The translations under genes and the position numbers were made by a program. From NCBI GenBank assembly GCA_004764695.1, contig SMSO01000032.1:8979230-9043229 (forward strand): 64,000 nt of DNA, given 5' to 3'. The stretch's first letter is position 1; every line of letters begins with the position of its first letter. The DNA is from Schizochytrium sp. TIO01 (taxonomy: Eukaryota; Protista; Bigyra: Labyrinthulomycetes). Shown here piece after piece: positions 58,076 to 64,000 of this stretch. The notes below the pieces were generated by a model that made no database searches, was not told the origin of the DNA, and saw only the letters and a list, made by a program, of their open reading frames with translations.

Positions 58076-61000
58076 CTCACAAGGGACAATATTTCATTAA
58101 CCACTAAAGATACTAATCATCAGGTGGTACCGTTGGAAAGCTGTTAAGATTTACAATAGGCGAGATGTGTTTTCTCAGGCGAAATATGTTTAAAATTTAT
58201 TTTTATTGACTTTGAATGTTATTTCTTGGTCTCTCATATTATTAATAGGGGGAGGGAACAAGTTTAGTAGTGTTGTAACTCTATGCATATAATAGACAGA
58301 ACTTTGCTACAAACACCGTCGGATAGCTGAATAATAGTTAAAGTGGGTGCATTTGATTTATGAGAGAAAATCTTCTTGCAAGCCTGAGAAAAGAAGCTCT
58401 AAGTTGGCACTCTATTTGTGAGCAGCAAAATGATTAGTATAAGGTTCAATTTCTCAACAACGGGGAAAGATATTACTCATCAGGTGGTGCCGTTGGAAAG
58501 CAGCTTTAATTGGCAACAGGGTACATGTGTTTTCTCAGGCGAAATCTTTTTAAAATTTATTTTTACTGACCTTTGAAAGTTATTTCTTAGTCGCCCATAT
58601 CATTAATAGGGAGAAAGAACTGAGTTTAGTAGTGCTCTAACTCTATGAATAGAATAGAAAGAACTTTGCTATAGGCACCTCTTAGTAGAACACGAATTGC
58701 TGAGATGCCCGAATTTGATTTATGAGAGAAAAGCTTCTTGCAAGCTTGAGAAAAGAAGCTCTAAGTTACTACTCTGTTTATTGGCAGGACAGAGAATTAA
58801 TGGTTAGTATAAGATTCATTTTCTTAACAACGGGATAATATATTAATTATTGAAGTGTACCATTGGAAAGCTGGTTGAATTTGCAACAGATTGAATGTGT
58901 TTTCTCAGAAAAAATACTTTAAACATGCATTTTACGGACCTTTAAAAGTTATTTTTTTTTGTCTCTCATGTTATTAATAGGGGGAAGGAACTGGGTTAGT
59001 AGTGTTGTATCTCTATAAATACAATCGACAGAGCTTTTCTACAAACATCATTCGATAGTTTATGAAGTGTTAAGATGAGTGGATTTAATTTATGAGAAAA
59101 AATGTTCTTGCAAGCTTGAGAAAAGAAGCTCTAAGTTGTCACTCTATTTGATAACAAAAGAAATAAATAAATGATTAGTATAAGATGCATTCTCTCAACA
59201 ATGGGGAAAGATATTAATCATGGAGTGATACTGTTGGAAAGCTGTTAAGAACTACAACAGGTTAGATGTGTTTTCTCAGAAAAAATACTTTAAACATATA
59301 GTTTTACTGACCTTTGAAAGTTTATTTTTGGTCTCTCATATTATTAATAGGGGGAAGGAACCGAATTTAGTAGTGTTCTAACTCTATGAGTAGAATAAAT
59401 AGAACTTTTCTACAAACACAATTCGATAGCTCAAGAATTGTTGAGATGGCCGCGTTTGATTTATGAGAGAAAAGCTTCTTGCAAGCTTGAGAAAAGAAGC
59501 TCTAAGTTGTCACTCTATTTGATAACAAAAGAAAGAATAAAATGATTAGTATAAGATTCATTTTCTCAACAACGGGGAAATATATAAATCATGGACTGGT
59601 ACCATTGGAAAGCGGCTTGAAATTGCAACAGGTTAGATGTGTTTTCTCAGAAAAAATACTTTAAACATATAGTTTTACTGACCTTTGAAAGTTTATTTTT
59701 GGTCTCTCATATTATTAATAGGGGGAAGGAACCGAATTTAGTAGTGTTCTAACTCTATGAGTAGAATAAATAGAACTTTTCTACAAACACAATTCGATAG
59801 CTCAAGAATTGTTGAGATGGCCGCGTTTGATTTATGAGAGAAAAGCTTCTTGCAAGCTTGAGAAAAGAAGCTCTAAGTTGTCACTCTATTTGATAACAAA
59901 AGAAAGAATAAAATGATTAGTATAAGATTCATTTTCTCAACAACGGGGAAATATATAAATCATGGACTGGTACCATTGGAAAGCGGCTTGAAATTGCAAC
60001 AGGTTAGATGTGTTTTCTCAGAAAAAATACTTTAAACATATAGTTTTACTGACCTTTGAAAGTTTATTTTTGGTCTCTCATATTATTAATAGGGGGAAGG
60101 AACCGAATTTAGTAGTGTTCTAACTCTATGAGTAGAATAAATAGAACTTTTCTACAAACACAATTCGATAGCTCAAGAATTGTTGAGATGGCCGCGTTTG
60201 ATTTATGAGAGAAAAGCTTCTTGCAAGCTTGAGAAAAGAAGCTCTAAGTTGTCACTCTATTTGATAACAAAAGAAAGAATAAAATGATTAGTATAAGATG
60301 CATTTTCTCAATAATGAAGCAATTTATTAATCATGGAGTGATACCATTGGAAAGCTGCTTGAAATTACAACAGGGTAGATGTGATTTCTCAGAAAAAATA
60401 CTTTAAACATATAGTTTTACTGACCTTTGAAAGTTTGTTTTTTGTCTCTCATATTATTAATAGGGGGAAGGAACCGAGTTTAGTAGTGTTTTAACTCTAT
60501 GAGTAGAGTAAGCAGAACTTTTCTAGAAGAATCATTCGATAGCGCATGAATTGTTGAGATGGTAGCATTTGATTTATGAGAGAAAACCTTTTATCAAGTT
60601 TGAGAAAAAAAGCTCTAAGTTGTTACTCTATTTGATAACAAAAGAAATAAATAAATGATTAGTATAAGATGCATTTTCTCAATAATGAAGCAATACATTA
60701 ATCATGGAGTGGTACCGCTGGAAAGCTATTTAAATTTACAACAGGGTAAATGTGTTTGCTCAGGTGAAATATTCTTAAACATATAGTTTTACTGACCTTT
60801 GAAAGTTTATTTTTGGTCTCTTATATTATTAATAGGGGAAGGAACTGAGTTTAGTGACAAGCGATAGCGAAGGTTGGTGACAACAAAGATCGGTTTAAAC
60901 TTTAAGGCTTGTTGCTCTGCAACTTAGTTTCGGGTCTGCTGCCTTCGAAGACTTTCTGCTTCGATTTTGCAGCATATAACTCGGACTCCTAGTGTTTACG

Positions 61001-63430
61001 CAATGTATTCACTAGTGCCTCGGACTTCTATTGTTTACCCAATGTAAACATTAGCAGCCATTTTCTTTTCCCTCTCTCTGAGAGAAACTGGTCGGCTTTT
61101 GGAAGAAGACTCCTAGCCAGAGTCTTAGTCCAAGTACAAGCCGTCCCGCGTTGATCAACAAGTCGAACGCCATCTGTCGTTCTTCCCGTGGCCAGCGAAT
61201 CAACCGTCCGTCGTTCACCTCAGGTCCCCCCTCTACTTAAGAGGGGACCTGAACTTTCTGAGGCACACGGCTCACCAGCACCTCTTGCGTCAGACGTTTG
61301 CGCAGTGCCTCACTAGCCAGTCCAACAGTCGACCAGGTACTCAACTTACCTGCCGACTCTCTGACTGGCTCTCGTGGCACGGAACCGGGTAACGGGACAG
61401 CAGCCCCGCAGGGACGTTCCTCTCTGTGCTCCGACATTTAGTAGTGTTCTAACTCTATGAGAAAAGTAAATAGAACTTTTATAGAAGAATCAATCGATAG
61501 CAAATTCATTGCTGAGATGCCCGCATTTGATTTATGATTGAAAATATTTTTGCAAGCTTGCGAAACGAAGCTCCAAGTTGTTACTCTATTTATTGGCAGG
61601 ATAAAGGGTAAATTGAATAGTATAAGATTCAATATCTCAACAATGAGATAATATATTAATCATCGAGTGGTATCATTGGAAAGATGCTTAAATTTACAAC
61701 AGGATAGGTGTGTTTTCTCCGAAACAATACTTTAAACATATAGTTTTACTGACCTTTGAAAGTTTATTTTTGATTTCTCATATTATTAATAGGGGAAAGG
61801 AACTGGGTTTGGTAGTGTTCTAACTTTATCAATAGAATCGACAGAGCTTTACTACAAGCACCATTCGATAGCTCATAAATTGTTAAGATGCGTGTATTTG
61901 ATTTACGAGAAAAACTCTTCTTGCAAGCTAGAGAAAAAAAGCTTCAAGTTGTCACTCTATTTGTGAGCAGGATAAAGAATTAAATGACCAGTATAAACTA
62001 CATTTTCTTATCAACGGGGAAAGATATTAATCATGGAATGGTACCGTTGGAAAGCTGTTTTAATTTACATTAGGGAAAATGCCTTGATTTAGAAAATGAA
62101 ATAACGATTATGTTTTTACTAACCTTTAAAAGATATTTTTTGGTCTCTTATACTATTAATATAAAAACAGAACTGAGTTTAGAAGTGTTGTAACTCTATG
62201 AAAAGAATGAACAAAACTTTTCTCCAAGCATCACCAGGTAGTGCAATGAGTGTTGATACGTCCGCATTTGAGTTATGAGAAAACTTCTTCTTGCAAGCTT
62301 CAGAATAAAGCTCCAAGTTGTTACTCTATTTGTTAATAGAACAAGGAATAAAATGATTAGTATAAGACTCATTTTCTCAACAACAAGGATAGATATTAAT
62401 CATGGAGTGGTACCGTTGGAAAGCTGTTTCAATTTACATTAGGGTAAATGTCTTGATTTAGAAAAATAAAATTATGGTTATGTTTTTACTGACCTTTGAA
62501 ATTTATTTTTTGGTCTTTCATATTAATAATAGGGGGAAGTAACCGAGTTTAGTAGTGTTCTAACTTTATCAATGTAATAGCCAGAGCATTACTACAAGCA
62601 CAATTCGATAATTCATGAACTGTTAAGGTGCCTGCATTTGATTTAGGATAAAAAATATTCTTGCAAGATTGAGAAAAAAACATCAAACTTTCACTCTATT
62701 TGTTAGCAGGATATATAACAACATGTTTAGTACAAGATCAATTTTCTCAACAACAGGGTCATATATTAATCATCGAATGGTACCCTTGGAAAGAAGCGCC
62801 AATTTGCAACAGGTAAGATGCGTTTGCTAAGAGAAATAAAAATTTTATTTATGTTTTTACTGACTTTCAAAAGTTATTTCTTAGTTTTTCATATTAATAT
62901 TAAGGAGAAGGAACCGAGTTTAGTAGTGTTTTAACGCAATCAAAAACGTAGGTAGAAGTTTTCCACAAGAACCACTCGGTCGCTCGTTCATGGCTAAGAT
63001 GGACACATTTGATTGATGAGAGGAAATCTTCTTGCAAGCTACAGGGAACAGGTCTTAGTTATCACTCTAATTGATAGCAGGCTATAGAATTAAATGGTTA
63101 GCATAAGATTCATTTCCTCAACAAATGAGTCACCTATTAATCATCGAATAGTACTATCGGAAAGCTGCTGAAATGTACGACAGGAAACCTATCTTGATTA
63201 AGAAAACTTAGAATTCTATTCAAGTTTTTATTGACTTTGAAAGTTATTTCTTAGTTTCTCATACTAAGAACGAGAAAAGGAAAACTTTGAAGTGTCATAA
63301 CTCTATCAATGAAATAGGTAGAACTTTTCTACAAGCACCACTAGAACGCTTCACAATTCATCGACGATCAACATTGAATTGTGGTGAAAAAATAGTTCTA
63401 CAAATTAGACAAAGGACTTCCATCATATTA
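58076..63430. repeat. Subtelomeric tandem repeat family 3, ~371 bp x ~13
   Basis: Marker GGAAAG (in GGTACCATTGGAAAG-like context) at ~58135, 58495, 58865, 59236, 59607, 59978, 60349, 60720, 61678, 62049, 62418, 62788, 63159. Central units are nearly identical and flanking units are diverged. Confidence 0.96.
60855..61436. mobile_element. 582-bp GC-richer TG...CA insertion with 5-bp TSD (solo-LTR-like)
   Basis: Interrupts a 371-bp unit at GAG-TTTAG-TAGTG. TTTAG is duplicated at 60850-60854 and 61437-61441. Starts TGACAAG and ends CCGACA. Unit spacing increases by ~587 bp (582+5). Confidence 0.85.
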
Positions 63431-63569
63431 TATACTGTTCTTATTGAAGTCTCCCATATCCACGAATGTCAGCAGGCGCTTAAAAACTTTTTATTTTTAA
63501 AAGAAAATATTTTTAATTCTTCATAAAATTTTTTATTGTAAAACCATTAAAAGATATGATGAATGATAG

Positions 63570-63997
63570 TAGGTAAGGTTAGGTAAGGTTAGGTAAGGTT
63601 AGGTTAGGTAAGGTTAGGTAAGGTTAGGTAAGGTTAGGTAAGGTTAGGTAAGGTTAGGTAAGGTTAGGTAAGGTTAGGTTAGGTTAGGTTAGGTTAGGTT
63701 AGGTTAGGTTAGGTTAGGTTAGGTTAGGTTAGGTTAGGTTAGGTTAGGTTAGGTTAGGTTAGGTTAGGTTAGGTTAGGTTAGGTTAGGTTAGGTTAGGTT
63801 AGGTTAGGTTAGGTTAGGTTAGGTTAGGTTAGGTTAGGTTAGGTTAGGTTAGGTTAGGTTAGGTTAGGTTAGGTTAGGTTAGGTTAGGTTAGGTTAGGTT
63901 AGGTTAGGTTAGGTTAGGTTAGGTTAGGTTGGGTTAGGTTTAGGGTTAGGTTAGGTTGGTTAGGTTAGGTTAGGTTAGGTTAGGTTAGTTAGGTTAG
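63570..63997 (+). repeat. Telomere: proximal variant (TAAGG-TTAGG)n then pure (TTAGG)n
   Basis: Mostly alternating TAAGG/TTAGG to ~63673, then TTAGG to the window end; the G-rich strand runs 5'->3' outward. Confidence 0.98.
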
Positions 63998-64000
63998 ATC

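Noticed and set aside
63930-64000. Irregular telomere units and terminal GATC
   Set aside because: Likely low-coverage consensus errors at the contig end.

Overview
This is the right-hand end of a eukaryotic chromosome. The 18S sequence and end architecture match, from memory, a thraustochytrid stramenopile (Aurantiochytrium-like). In order, the window holds: the 3' end of a gene; a full-size PDR/ABCG exporter with one intron; two tandem Frag1/DRAM/Sfk1-family paralogs; a LEA-like repeat protein; a small PH-like protein; a secreted protein with 7 lectin-like domains; a G8-domain type-I membrane protein; a 16-exon LRR gene; one 18S-5.8S-28S rDNA unit transcribed toward the telomere; about 8 kb of subtelomeric tandem repeats (~412, ~532 and ~371 bp units); and a TTAGG telomere. 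The most striking element is missed by the ORF track: an intact 525-aa LRR gene at 39385-45423. It is built from 14 tandem cassettes, each one 84-nt phase-2 exon encoding one 28-aa LRR plus a near-identical self-complementary intron. Amino-acid diversity is concentrated in 4-5 codons next to the predicted ligand-binding beta-strand, so it is a candidate modular, diversifying recognition (immune-like) system. Two TG...CA insertions with 5-bp target-site duplications (87 bp and 582 bp, solo-LTR-like) sit inside the subtelomeric repeats. All coordinates and alignments were read by eye; no database searches were run.
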